62,422 nucleotides of DNA from Patescibacteria group bacterium (GCA_041645555.1 JBAZPX010000005.1:1-62422), one strand, 5' to 3'; positions 25,050 through 34,654 are shown, counted from the stretch's first letter. Translations and numbers: made by a program. The notes: a model not told the origin generated them from the letters alone.

Positions 25050-25069
25050 AGTCTAAGCTATATTAGACT
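25050..25069. promoter_or_regulatory. Palindromic operator-like site 3: AGTCTA-N8-TAGACT
   Basis: agtcta agctatat tagact. Confidence 0.55.
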
Positions 25070-25123
25070 AAAGTCCGTTTATTTTTAATATCTTATCATA
25101 GTATAGAAAAAAAGCAAGGGCGA

Positions 25124-25158
25124 TTTTAACCTTTAACTATTAACAATTAACAATTAAC
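25124..25158 (+). repeat. Heptanucleotide tandem array (TTTTAAC/AATTAAC, 5 units)
   Basis: ttttaac ctttaac tattaac aattaac aattaac. This is the same TTAACAA family as 9537-9585 and 41566-41600. Confidence 0.85.
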
Positions 25159-25526
25159 TTTGTCCCGGTTCCATCGTTCCTTCTCTGCCCATAAGATTCT
25201 ATTTGTCCTGTTGGGCAGGGGGGTCTTTATAATAACAGTTATTTTGATACTTTGAGATAATTTTCTTGCCCTATTGAGTTAAATGTGTTAGGATTTAAGA
25301 AGTAAATAAAGGTGTTAATGATTGAAAAAATAATGATTTTTTGGGGCTAATATTAGCTCTTTTTGTTGATAACAGGGGATTGTTTTCCCTGATTTTTGAA
25401 TTACTTCTTTAAATTTTTTTCTTTTTTTCCGTTTATTTCCTCAATATTTAGTGTAATATTTCCTTGTTTTCTACGTATAATTAATTAGTTTGCCTAAGCC
25501 GAAAACTTAGGCCAACAACAGAGATA

Positions 25527-26126
25527 ATGGACTTTAATAAAATCCAAAACACTTTCGCCAAAAAAAGGCAGGAAAAGAAGCTCTTGTCCGGGGTAAAGAA
25601 AAGGGATAAGGAAGCCTTTATAGAGGCTTATGATTTATATGTTGATCAGATATTCCGTTTTGTATATTTTAAAGTAGGCAATAAAGAAGAAGCTAATGAC
25701 CTCACTTCAGTCGTTTTTTTAAAGACCTGGAATTATATTCAGGACAGCAGCGTAGAAGATTTCAAAACTTTAAAAGCTTTGATTTATAAGATAGCCAGGA
25801 CATCAATTATTGATTATTACAGAAAAAATTCTAATTTCAGCAAAGTCGCCTTTGAAAATAAAGAAGGCGAGCCGATAGACATAAAAGATGAAAAGCAGGA
25901 TATTGCCAGGCAGGCGGAAATAAATTCCGATTTCGGGATAATTGAGCAGAAATTAAAAGAACTAAAAGATGAGTACCGGGAAGTTATTATTTTAAGATTC
26001 ATTGACGAGTTAAATATAAAGGAGATAGCGGCTATTCTTAATAAGCCGAAAAATAACGTGCGGGTTCTCCTCCACCGCGCTTTAAAAGCTTTAAGAGAAT
26101 TAATGGAAAATAAAGATGGAAAATAA
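25527..26126 (+). CDS. ECF-type RNA polymerase sigma-70 family factor
   Basis: Region 2 (YDLYVDQIFRFVYFKVGNKEEANDLTSVVFLKTW) and region 4 HTH (REVIILRFIDELNIKEIAAILNKPKNNVRVLLHRALKAL). Confidence 0.85.
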   Translation: MDFNKIQNTFAKKRQEKKLLSGVKKRDKEAFIEAYDLYVDQIFRFVYFKVGNKEEANDLTSVVFLKTWNYIQDSSVEDFKTLKALIYKIARTSIIDYYRKNSNFSKVAFENKEGEPIDIKDEKQDIARQAEINSDFGIIEQKLKELKDEYREVIILRFIDELNIKEIAAILNKPKNNVRVLLHRALKALRELMENKDGK

Positions 26127-27030
26127 AGAGTTAATAAAAAAATTAAATAGTTTAAAATCAATGGCTCCGGACAGGGAATGGAAGGAAAAAAATCGGGGTA
26201 TTTTATTTAGCCAGATTTCGGCTACGGCTGCTGTCCCCGCGGAAGAAACCGGGGCGATGATAAAGATTTTTGTTTTACCGCGCATGCTCGCGAGATTTTT
26301 CTCAACTCCGGCCTGGGCGGTATTTTTTGTTTGTTTGCTGGTTGTTGCCGGAAGCGCCTTTAGCGTTGGAGCCGCCCGTTTAACTAAACCGGACAGCTCT
26401 TTGTATATTGCGAGAATTATCAGCGAGAAAGCCCAATTAGCCGTTACTTTCGGCGAAGAGAAAAAAGCCAAGCTTAGTTTCAGGTTTGCCAATGACCATG
26501 CTAAAGACATAACGGAAATTTTAGCCAAGACTGATTCAAGCGATGAAGCCGGAAAATCAAAGACGGAGAAATTGTCGAAAAATTTTAAGAAGGAAATGAC
26601 GGTGGCTAAGGCAAAACTGAAAGAGATGGGAGCGCCGGGCGGGTCGGAAGAAGGGGATGAGGAAAATAAAGTTTTCAGCGCCAATTTGAAAAAAGAAGAG
26701 CGGGGAATGCAGATTTCTGAACCGCAGCCGAAAGAAGAAATAGTTTCGGAAAATAACCAGACTGACGCCGGGATAATTAAAACCGAGGGAGAAGAAAAGG
26801 CGACAAACACGCCGGCCGAAGAAATTAGCGGCCATCCGGCTGATTTAGGGGATGCCCAAAAAATGCTTGAAGAGGCGGAAGAGTTTTTAAATGAAAAAGA
26901 TTATAGCGGTATTTTAAATAAGCTTGAAGAAGCTAATAATATTGTGGAAAATGCTGATTTAGGAGATAAGGGTGAAGTGAAGGGGATAAGCGATGGAGCC
27001 AGTTCCACTCAAGAAATCTTAAAAAAGTAG
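26116..27030 (+). CDS. Putative anti-sigma / membrane-anchored partner protein
   Basis: It overlaps the sigma gene by 11 nt. It has a single TM helix (FFSTPAWAVFFVCLLVVAGSAF) after a short cytoplasmic N-terminus, and an acidic coiled extracytoplasmic part. Confidence 0.5.
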   Translation: MENKELIKKLNSLKSMAPDREWKEKNRGILFSQISATAAVPAEETGAMIKIFVLPRMLARFFSTPAWAVFFVCLLVVAGSAFSVGAARLTKPDSSLYIARIISEKAQLAVTFGEEKKAKLSFRFANDHAKDITEILAKTDSSDEAGKSKTEKLSKNFKKEMTVAKAKLKEMGAPGGSEEGDEENKVFSANLKKEERGMQISEPQPKEEIVSENNQTDAGIIKTEGEEKATNTPAEEISGHPADLGDAQKMLEEAEEFLNEKDYSGILNKLEEANNIVENADLGDKGEVKGISDGASSTQEILKK

Positions 27031-27038
27031 CAGATTAT

Positions 27039-27857
27039 ATGGCTAATATTTTTGATGAACGGCTTATTATCAATAATGAAACGAAAGAAAATATAATATA
27101 TAATGAACATTTGGCGCGTTATGAATTGGCTAAAGAGATAATAGCCGCCAGAGGCGGGGCGGAAAAAATTTTGGATGCGGCGTGCGGTTCCGGGTACGGC
27201 TCTAAAATATTAGCAGAAACAGGCGCTCAAAAAGTCGTGGCGATTGATATTAGCCCGGAAGCGATTCGATTGGCAAAAGAATTATATTCTTCCCCGAACA
27301 TAAAGTATGTCTTGGGGGACGTTAAAAACACAAAAGAGGAGAACAATTCCTTTGATTTCATTACTTCTTTCGAGACTATTGAGCACATAGATGACCCCGG
27401 CTTATTTTTAAAAGAGTTAAAAAGAGTTTTGAAGGATGACGGCTTAGCGATTATTTCAACTCCGAATAGCGAAGTTTTCGGAGAAGAAAATCCTTTTCAC
27501 CTTAAAGAATTTAACCGATCCGAGTTTACGGAATTGATTGGAAAATATTTTAAATATTTTCAAATAATAGAACAGGGGAACGGCCTAGCCAGTTTTATAA
27601 AAGGCGGTACTGGAGAAACAAAAATAAATAAGCTCTGCGGCTTAGATAATTTTAAACCGTTGTATTTAATAGCCGTTTGTTCACAGATTAGTTTTAGCGA
27701 GAAGATATTGGAGAAAAATATTATTAGTATTAATTTTTCCGCGCTGCAGAATATTTATAACAACCCCGGCTTGAAAATTATTAATAAGATTTATGCCTTG
27801 TTAGTTAAAATTCCGGGAGTAAAGAAAATATTAAGATCATGTCGAAAGGCGGAATAA
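27039..27857 (+). CDS. Class I SAM-dependent methyltransferase
   Basis: Canonical motif I LDAACGSGYGS, acidic AIDIS, and FDFITSFETIEHI. Confidence 0.85.
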   Translation: MANIFDERLIINNETKENIIYNEHLARYELAKEIIAARGGAEKILDAACGSGYGSKILAETGAQKVVAIDISPEAIRLAKELYSSPNIKYVLGDVKNTKEENNSFDFITSFETIEHIDDPGLFLKELKRVLKDDGLAIISTPNSEVFGEENPFHLKEFNRSEFTELIGKYFKYFQIIEQGNGLASFIKGGTGETKINKLCGLDNFKPLYLIAVCSQISFSEKILEKNIISINFSALQNIYNNPGLKIINKIYALLVKIPGVKKILRSCRKAE

Positions 27858-27894
27858 TATTAAGAAGCGTCTAGTGTTGATTTTTTAGTTCCGA

Positions 27895-28275
27895 TCCCGA
27901 CCCGCCGCTGGCGGATTCGGGAAGGGCTCTAAAAATCCACATTAGTGGAGACAAGTAGGCCCAGTAAAGGTCGGGTCCCGACGATTCGGGATGGGTTTGC
28001 TCAAATTAATAAATAAAAATTGTCTTTTAGATTATGGGTTATCAATAGATCGGCAAAGTTTTACCCCCACACTTATGTATATTAAGTGGGGGATCCCGAT
28101 CCCGAGTACTCGGGAGGGATTGGCGAATTTCCCTATGCAATTTGCCCCCTATTTATCGCTTATTATATATAAGTGTGGGGGGGGACGGAATTCCGGCCGA
28201 TTTATTCGGTTTACCTTCTTAATTTAAAGGACAGAACGCAATCGGATGTTCGCGCTTTCAGGCGCGGGACATCCG
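27895..28275 (+). promoter_or_regulatory. Highly structured GC-rich leader upstream of the 1305-aa surface-protein gene
   Basis: Hairpins seen: TCCCGA...TCGGGA (27895-27922, 27976-27991, 28100-28115). A 12-bp long-range pairing is CCCCACACTTAT (28065-28076) with ATAAGTGTGGGG (28169-28180). A strong hairpin CGGATGTTCGCGC/GCGCGGGACATCCG spans 28243-28275, ending 19 nt before the ATG. Confidence 0.55.
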
Positions 28276-28293
28276 GTGTGAAACAAATTATCT

Positions 28294-31200
28294 ATGAGTA
28301 AAATACGAAAAGTTTTTACTATCAGCGTAATGCTAGTCACGGTTTTATCTATGAGTGTGGTTGTCGCTCCGGACGTGAACGCGGCCGCTTCTGCCGGTGA
28401 CTTGATTAAGATAAACGGGCTTTCTTCCGTTTATTACTTAGGCGCTGATGGTAAAAGATATGTTTTCCCTAATGAACAGACTTATTTTTCCTGGTATAGC
28501 GATTGGAGCGGAGTAGTGACTATTCCTCAAAGCGAATTAGAGTCATATGCTCTAGCGGCCAATGTTACTGTAAGACCAGGTACTAAATTAGTTAAGATCA
28601 CAACCAACCCAGTAGTTTATTCTGTTGAAGCAAAAGGCACTTTGCGTTCAATCGTTTCCGAGAGCAACGCGATTGCTCTTTGGGGCGCGGATTGGGCAAA
28701 GCGCGTGATTGACGTTCCGGACGCGTTCTTCACTAACTATGCCGTTGGAACTCCTCTAACAGCAGGAGCTTATCCAGCCGGCAGTTTAGTAAAGTTCGGA
28801 ACTTCAACTGATGTTTACTACATCAATACCGATGGTAAAGCTTCGAAGTTTTCTAGCGAAGCCGCTTTCACGGGTAACCGCTTAAAATGGACGGATGTCG
28901 TTACTTCCACTTTGACTTTACCGGCTTTAGGAACTGAAGTCGCTGCCGCTACTTTAATTGACACTTCTCAGGGCGGTGGAGCAGGCTCAGGCATTGTGGC
29001 TGGCGTTGTCGGCACCGGTTTGACTGTAGCTTTAGCCAGCGATACGCCGGCTGCGGCTACTGTTATTGATGATTCAACAGCATCCGACACCTCACAGGCT
29101 AAAGTAGAGCTTGCTAAAGTAAACTTTACCGCGGCTTCTGACGGGGATGTAAAACTTACTACGGTTAAATTTACCAGATCAGGCATCTCATCTGATACCG
29201 ATATGGTAAACTTAGCTTTGTATGATGGCAATACTATTTTAATGGAAAGCACTTCCGTAGCCAGTAATGTAGTAACCTTTACCAAAGCTTCAGGCATCGC
29301 CACTATAGCCAAGGGAACAACAAAGGCCATTACTTTGCGCGGCGATGTGGCTGATGCGGCAAGTTCAGGGGTTACATTCAGTTATGGTATTACCGCTGCC
29401 AGCAATATTGTGACTGACGGAGCTGCTGTTTCCGGCAGTTTCCCGGTTAACGGAAATTTAATGACGGTCGCTCAAGTCGCGGCCAAATTGGGTTATATAA
29501 CCTTTGCTAATGTTTCTCCGGCCGCTGCCGCTACTGTTGATCCCGGGCAGACCGATTATGAATTATGGAAATTCAGCGCCATTGCTTCAAGGCAGGATAT
29601 GGAAATCCGCAAGCTAACCATTACCCAAATCGGAACGGTTGCTACAGGCGACTTAAAGAACTATAAATTAAAAGTAAACGGAGCCCAAATTGGCACAACT
29701 GTTGCTGACTTAGCCAGTGACGGGACAGTTACTTTTGATTTTGGCGCCACTCCTTATAAGATTACGGCGGGAAACACCAAAAATATTAGCGTAACCGCTG
29801 ATATTGTTGGTGGGTCTTCAAGGACTGTTAAGTTTTCTTTGCAAAATGGTTATGATTTGTGGGTTTATGACACAAATTATAGCGTTTATACAAAGTCCAA
29901 CCAGACAGATTCCTGGACGGCTATCACTTCAAACAGCTCTACGACAAGCACAACCGTTAATTCCGGAAATTTAGTTATTAGCATCGCCACCGATTCTCCA
30001 AGCGGGAATATCGCTTTAGGCGCTACTAACGTAGAACTGGCCAAGTTTAACATTAAAGCCGCTGGAGAAAAGGTAAGAGTTACCAGTTTAGCTGTTTACT
30101 ATGGCGGAACCGCCGCCACCACCCATAATGATGGGTTGGATAATGTTAAATTATTGCTTGATGGCACGCAGGTAGGCAGCACCGCGGATTTAGCCGCCGC
30201 TAACGTTGCGGCCGCCGGTAAATCCTTTACTTTTGGAACCAGCTTTGAAATTGAAGCTGGCGTAACAAAAGTATTGACAATCAAATCCGACGTTAAAGAT
30301 GATGACGCGGGCGCGTTTACGGCCGCTGAAACTTTGATTGTCGGCCTTGACGCTGGGGTTAATAATGCCAGAGGGTTAGTTTCTTCTACTAATATTAGCT
30401 CTGCGGGCGTGGCCAGCAGATCATTAACTATTTCAAGCGGAGCCTTAAGTATAGCGGAAAATACTGCAATTGGAGACGCTAGCGCAACTGTCCCAAGCGG
30501 AGTAGTCGGGCAAGCCGGTGTCGTGATTGGGTCTTTCGTTATTACGGCCGGCGCCGGTGAAGGAGTAAGTATCAGCTCAATTGTTTTGACTGATGATGTG
30601 TTAACCACAAACTCCACCTTAGCCGACGTCTTCCAGAACCTAAGGCTTACCAGAGGCGATACGGGAGCCGCTATCGGAGCTACTATCGGTTCTTTAACCG
30701 ATACTAATGCTACTACCTATACCTTTACTCCAAGCCCGCAGATTAGCTTACTCAAAGGAGCGCAATTAGTGGTTAATATTTATGCCGATGTCTTATCCAG
30801 CCCGCAGAACTTAACCAATCTTAACGCGGACACAGGCGGTATAATTTTCCCTTCCACTGTTTACGCTACCGGGAATGATACCAGTTCTACCGCTGACGCC
30901 ACTAGGACTACCGGATTGCAGGCTGTATACATTAGCAGTGTCGGCACTTTAGTTGCCACTGTTAGCGCCGGAACTCCTGCTGGCGGAATATTAGTAATGA
31001 ATAGCACTGACAACGCTTTGTCTAAGTTTAAGTTAACCGCAGGCAACAGCGAAGATGTCCAAGTGACAAAGATAGTATTTTCCATTATTTCCACAGACGA
31101 AGCCGGGACTGTAGATCCTGCCACTGACGCGACCAATAGATTGGGAAACATGCTCAACTTTGATTTATTGGTTGACGGAGTTGCGAAGAAAACCGTAAGT

Positions 31201-32211
31201 TCGGCCGCTATTACTGACGGCAGTTCTGTAAGTCCAGCCTACGGAGTTACTAATGGTTTTGTCGTGTATGATTTAACTGCCGATCCTATTACCGTTAAGA
31301 AAGGAAGCAATGTAGTTTTGACCGTCCAAGCAGACGCCAACTCTAACGCTCAGGCAGCGTCCGGCTCCCAGTACGAAGTTATTCTTGACGGGGACTATAA
31401 CGGCGCGGAAGCAACGACTTACAGCCCGATTACCGCGAAAGGCGCTTCTTCGGGCGTAACCGTAACGGCGACTGGCATTGTGGCCGCCGCTACTAACTTA
31501 GACACTACTAATGCTATGTTGATTAGAAAGACTAAGCCGACCATTGCCACCGCATCCCTATCCACCTCATCGTTAACTGACGGGACCGTAGAATTGTATA
31601 AATTCACAGTAACCGCCGACGCTAACGAGGATGTGGCTATCAAGAAGATTCCGTTTGATGTCATGTTGAATGACGCCGCTACCGTTAACTTAAAGGTTGA
31701 TACCTTCGCTATCTATGATAACGCGTCTCCGAGCGTCGCTTTAACAGGCGTTCGGTTCTTCACGACTGACGTAGCTAATACCGGCACTAAAGCATCCTTA
31801 GCAAGCACAGCGGCCAGTATCTCTTCGCAGACTTATTCCGGGACCAGGGCAATCGCCCTTTGGGGATATGATACAACCGTATCTACCCCGGATGAATTAT
31901 TAATTTCTGCTGGAACCACTAAGACTTATATTGTAAAAGCCAGAGTGGCCAGTTCAGCGATTAATGATTCTATCCAGACGAGGATTGGCGCTGAAGATTC
32001 TACTACCGTAATAACCGCTTATCCTATCTATAACGCAGCCCTGTTAGGGGTAGTAAACGGCGATACTAGCGCCGATGTCTTATGGTCGGATTATTCTAAC
32101 GCCGCCAATCACAGCTCGGTCGTTGATACTAACGCTACCGGGGCCGATGACTGGACTAACGGTTATCTGGTGCAGACTCTTCCGACTGCTTACGCCACTC
32201 TTTCCCGATAA
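28294..32211 (+). CDS. Large Ala/Thr/Ser/Val-rich cell-surface (S-layer-like) protein
   Basis: Signal peptide (...APDVNA/AA). Three N-terminal copies of a G.L(I/V)K....VY(Y).....GK(R).F module. The rest is a long beta-rich low-charge region with internally similar segments. A terminator follows. Confidence 0.8.
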   Translation: MSKIRKVFTISVMLVTVLSMSVVVAPDVNAAASAGDLIKINGLSSVYYLGADGKRYVFPNEQTYFSWYSDWSGVVTIPQSELESYALAANVTVRPGTKLVKITTNPVVYSVEAKGTLRSIVSESNAIALWGADWAKRVIDVPDAFFTNYAVGTPLTAGAYPAGSLVKFGTSTDVYYINTDGKASKFSSEAAFTGNRLKWTDVVTSTLTLPALGTEVAAATLIDTSQGGGAGSGIVAGVVGTGLTVALASDTPAAATVIDDSTASDTSQAKVELAKVNFTAASDGDVKLTTVKFTRSGISSDTDMVNLALYDGNTILMESTSVASNVVTFTKASGIATIAKGTTKAITLRGDVADAASSGVTFSYGITAASNIVTDGAAVSGSFPVNGNLMTVAQVAAKLGYITFANVSPAAAATVDPGQTDYELWKFSAIASRQDMEIRKLTITQIGTVATGDLKNYKLKVNGAQIGTTVADLASDGTVTFDFGATPYKITAGNTKNISVTADIVGGSSRTVKFSLQNGYDLWVYDTNYSVYTKSNQTDSWTAITSNSSTTSTTVNSGNLVISIATDSPSGNIALGATNVELAKFNIKAAGEKVRVTSLAVYYGGTAATTHNDGLDNVKLLLDGTQVGSTADLAAANVAAAGKSFTFGTSFEIEAGVTKVLTIKSDVKDDDAGAFTAAETLIVGLDAGVNNARGLVSSTNISSAGVASRSLTISSGALSIAENTAIGDASATVPSGVVGQAGVVIGSFVITAGAGEGVSISSIVLTDDVLTTNSTLADVFQNLRLTRGDTGAAIGATIGSLTDTNATTYTFTPSPQISLLKGAQLVVNIYADVLSSPQNLTNLNADTGGIIFPSTVYATGNDTSSTADATRTTGLQAVYISSVGTLVATVSAGTPAGGILVMNSTDNALSKFKLTAGNSEDVQVTKIVFSIISTDEAGTVDPATDATNRLGNMLNFDLLVDGVAKKTVSSAAITDGSSVSPAYGVTNGFVVYDLTADPITVKKGSNVVLTVQADANSNAQAASGSQYEVILDGDYNGAEATTYSPITAKGASSGVTVTATGIVAAATNLDTTNAMLIRKTKPTIATASLSTSSLTDGTVELYKFTVTADANEDVAIKKIPFDVMLNDAATVNLKVDTFAIYDNASPSVALTGVRFFTTDVANTGTKASLASTAASISSQTYSGTRAIALWGYDTTVSTPDELLISAGTTKTYIVKARVASSAINDSIQTRIGAEDSTTVITAYPIYNAALLGVVNGDTSADVLWSDYSNAANHSSVVDTNATGADDWTNGYLVQTLPTAYATLSR

Positions 32212-32239
32212 TAATTCCGATACCGTTGAAATAGAAAAA

Positions 32240-32270
32240 CCCCGCCTCTCGCGAGAGGCGGGGTTTTGGT
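32240..32270 (+). terminator. Intrinsic terminator after the surface-protein gene
   Basis: 24-nt palindrome CCCCGCCTCTCGCGAGAGGCGGGG (32240-32263), then TTTTGGT. Confidence 0.8.
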
Positions 32271-32365
32271 ATGTTGAAATGAACGGCGGCATGGCAAAAG
32301 GCGGGCGAATTTTATATCCAATTTAAGGCCTTGTTTTTTTCTTATATTATTGATAAAATTAAAAC

Positions 32366-34645
32366 ATGAATATATTGAAATTAGAAAAAAATCTTAATAA
32401 AATTTTAATATTTTGCTTATATATCGCTGTTTCCGCTCCGCTTTGGGTAACGAACGCTTTTTATTATCCGGGAATGTTTACTAAAACAATTATTTTTTGT
32501 TTAGTTGTCCAAGTTGCCCTGGCTTGTTATTTGGTTTTATTGAAAATTAATTATAAAAAATATTTGCCGAAAGGCGATTATCTAATCTATTGGCTTTCCG
32601 GTTTTTTCGCGCTAATGCTTTTAAGCTGTTTTTTGGGGGTTAATTTTGAAAGAAGTTTTTGGGGGAATTTTGAAAGATTAAACGGCTTTTTTACGCAAAT
32701 CCATTATTTTATTTTTTTCTTTTTGCTGGCGGCGATTCTTAAAAATAAAGAGCAATGGGATAAATTATTAAAATTTAATTTAATTATTGCTTATTTGGTA
32801 GGTTTATACGCTTTGGCGCAAAAATTAGAACTGCCGATAGTTTATGAAACGGGTTTCGGACGCTTAACTTCGTCACTCGGCAATCCTCTTTTCTTGGGAA
32901 GCTATCTATTGATCCAGACTTTTATTAATATAAAAGTTCTTTTCTCGTTATGGCAGGAAGGAAGCAAAAAATGGATAAAAGTTTTATATTCCATAGGATT
33001 AGTCTTAACGGTTTATATTTTAATTCTTACAAAAGTCAGAGGTGTTTTTTTGGGATTTGCTGTCGGAATATTTTTATTATTTATAGGGGCGCTGTTTATC
33101 TGGAGAAAGCAGAAAAAAACTAAAACCTATTTAAGCCTGGCTATAATTTTATCTGTTATAATTCTTGGCGGAGCGGTCTTATTTAGGAATAGCGATATAG
33201 TAAGGAATACCGGCGTAAGCCGGCTGGTTAATTATTCTCTTAAAGGAAGCACTATCCAGACAAGGTTAACCGCCTGGCAGGGCGGTCTAGAGGCAATCCG
33301 CGATAATTGGCTTGTCGGCGTCGGCTGGGAAAATTATTATACGGTTTTTAATAAATATTTTGACCCGATTTTCTATACTTTAATTTTTCAGGAAACTTAT
33401 TGGGACAGAGCTCATAATAATTATCTTAATATTATTAATGAATTGGGCGTGCCGGGGCTGCTTCTTTACCTGGCCGTATTTTTTATGGCCGTTAAACGTT
33501 TATGGCAGTCATTAAAAGATGAGGAAGATAAAAAAGAAAAAGCCGGTTATTGGACGTTAATAGCTTTGCTAATTGCGTATTTTATCCAGAATGCTTTCGC
33601 TTTTGATGCCGCTTCTTCCTATATTGTCATTTTTTTAGTTTTAGCTTTTGCGGTTTTCGAGAAGCAGAGCGCGCGAAATAATGGGGCGGATAACGCAATA
33701 AAAAAATATAATGAAAATATAATATATATTGTAATTATTGTTTCAATAATTTTAGGCTTGGCAATATACAAAATAGACTATAATAAATACATAAAGAGCA
33801 ATTTAGCTATTATCGGCGTTATGGATACGGGCGAAAATTATGAGGATGATTTAAAGGGCGGAATTGAGCAATACAAAAATGCTTTAAATGAAACCGCGAT
33901 AGACAAAAGGGATATAAGGCTTAGATTGGGATTATACACCTCTAGTTTTATAGCCGAGGCGGCCGAAGACCAGACTGCTATGAATAACAGCTTCGCCTAT
34001 GCTTTATCCGAAGTAGAAAAGGAAATATCTAAGAATCACAAAGACGCGCTTTTTATGGTATCGGCCGCTAATTTTTATAATGCTTGCGGGGAGTATAATA
34101 AGGATAAAGACGCTAACATGGCCGTTAGCTGTTTAAATAGGGCGGAAGAACTTTTAAATCAGGCCATTGAATTAAGCCGGAATCGGCAGCAAACTTATTT
34201 GTCTTTAGGAAATACTTACTTAATCAGGGGCGATTACGATAAAGCTTTGGATATTTTTGAAAAAGCTATAAGCTATAACAATAAATTTCCGGATTTATAC
34301 TGGTTTATGTCTTTAACTTATTTTTCAAAAAATGATATTAAAAATGGCATAATCTACGCGGAAAAATCCATGGATTTAAAGTATGAATTTAGGACTGAAC
34401 AAGAAATTAATTATTTAGCCCAGGCTTATGCCAAGTCGGGAGATTTTAATAAATTATTAGGTCTATATTTAAAATTAACGGAAAAGTTTTCGAAGTCAGG
34501 TTCGGCTTTTGCGAAATTGGCCGCGGTTTACGCGCAGATAGGAGATATGGAAAACGCCCGGAAAGCGGTAGCCAAGGCGGTTGAATTGGATCCGAGCCTG
34601 CGAGAAGAAGCGGAAGTTTTCTTAAATATGTTAATAAACAAATAA
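32366..34645 (+). CDS. Wzy_C (O-antigen ligase/polymerase-like) polytopic membrane protein with C-terminal TPR repeats, paralog A
   Basis: About 10+ TM helices. It has the motifs TKVRGVFLGF and WDRAHNNYLNIINELGVPGL characteristic of the O-antigen ligase-like family. The C-terminal ~300 aa carry TPR-like A..Y......G.Y.KA...F.KA repeats. Confidence 0.75.
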   Translation: MNILKLEKNLNKILIFCLYIAVSAPLWVTNAFYYPGMFTKTIIFCLVVQVALACYLVLLKINYKKYLPKGDYLIYWLSGFFALMLLSCFLGVNFERSFWGNFERLNGFFTQIHYFIFFFLLAAILKNKEQWDKLLKFNLIIAYLVGLYALAQKLELPIVYETGFGRLTSSLGNPLFLGSYLLIQTFINIKVLFSLWQEGSKKWIKVLYSIGLVLTVYILILTKVRGVFLGFAVGIFLLFIGALFIWRKQKKTKTYLSLAIILSVIILGGAVLFRNSDIVRNTGVSRLVNYSLKGSTIQTRLTAWQGGLEAIRDNWLVGVGWENYYTVFNKYFDPIFYTLIFQETYWDRAHNNYLNIINELGVPGLLLYLAVFFMAVKRLWQSLKDEEDKKEKAGYWTLIALLIAYFIQNAFAFDAASSYIVIFLVLAFAVFEKQSARNNGADNAIKKYNENIIYIVIIVSIILGLAIYKIDYNKYIKSNLAIIGVMDTGENYEDDLKGGIEQYKNALNETAIDKRDIRLRLGLYTSSFIAEAAEDQTAMNNSFAYALSEVEKEISKNHKDALFMVSAANFYNACGEYNKDKDANMAVSCLNRAEELLNQAIELSRNRQQTYLSLGNTYLIRGDYDKALDIFEKAISYNNKFPDLYWFMSLTYFSKNDIKNGIIYAEKSMDLKYEFRTEQEINYLAQAYAKSGDFNKLLGLYLKLTEKFSKSGSAFAKLAAVYAQIGDMENARKAVAKAVELDPSLREEAEVFLNMLINK

Positions 34646-34654
34646 CCGAAAAAT

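Noticed and set aside
26100-26810. 236-aa minus-strand ORF.
   Set aside because: It is antisense to the anti-sigma-like gene, which is translationally linked to the sigma gene. It is a Ser/Phe-rich shadow of a Glu/Lys-rich sense frame.
27991-28227. 78-aa ORF in the track inside the structured leader.
   Set aside because: It is made of hairpin repeats (the GIPIPSTREG region is the TCCCGA palindromes). It has no SD or typical start context and odd composition, so it is most likely non-coding.
27858-28293. c-di-GMP (GEMM) riboswitch upstream of the surface-protein gene.
   Set aside because: Only loose resemblance exists (ACGCAATCGG versus the ACGCAAAGC-type motif). The paired tetraloop/receptor architecture could not be traced by eye. 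An Infernal scan is needed, and until then this is kept only as an unknown structured leader.
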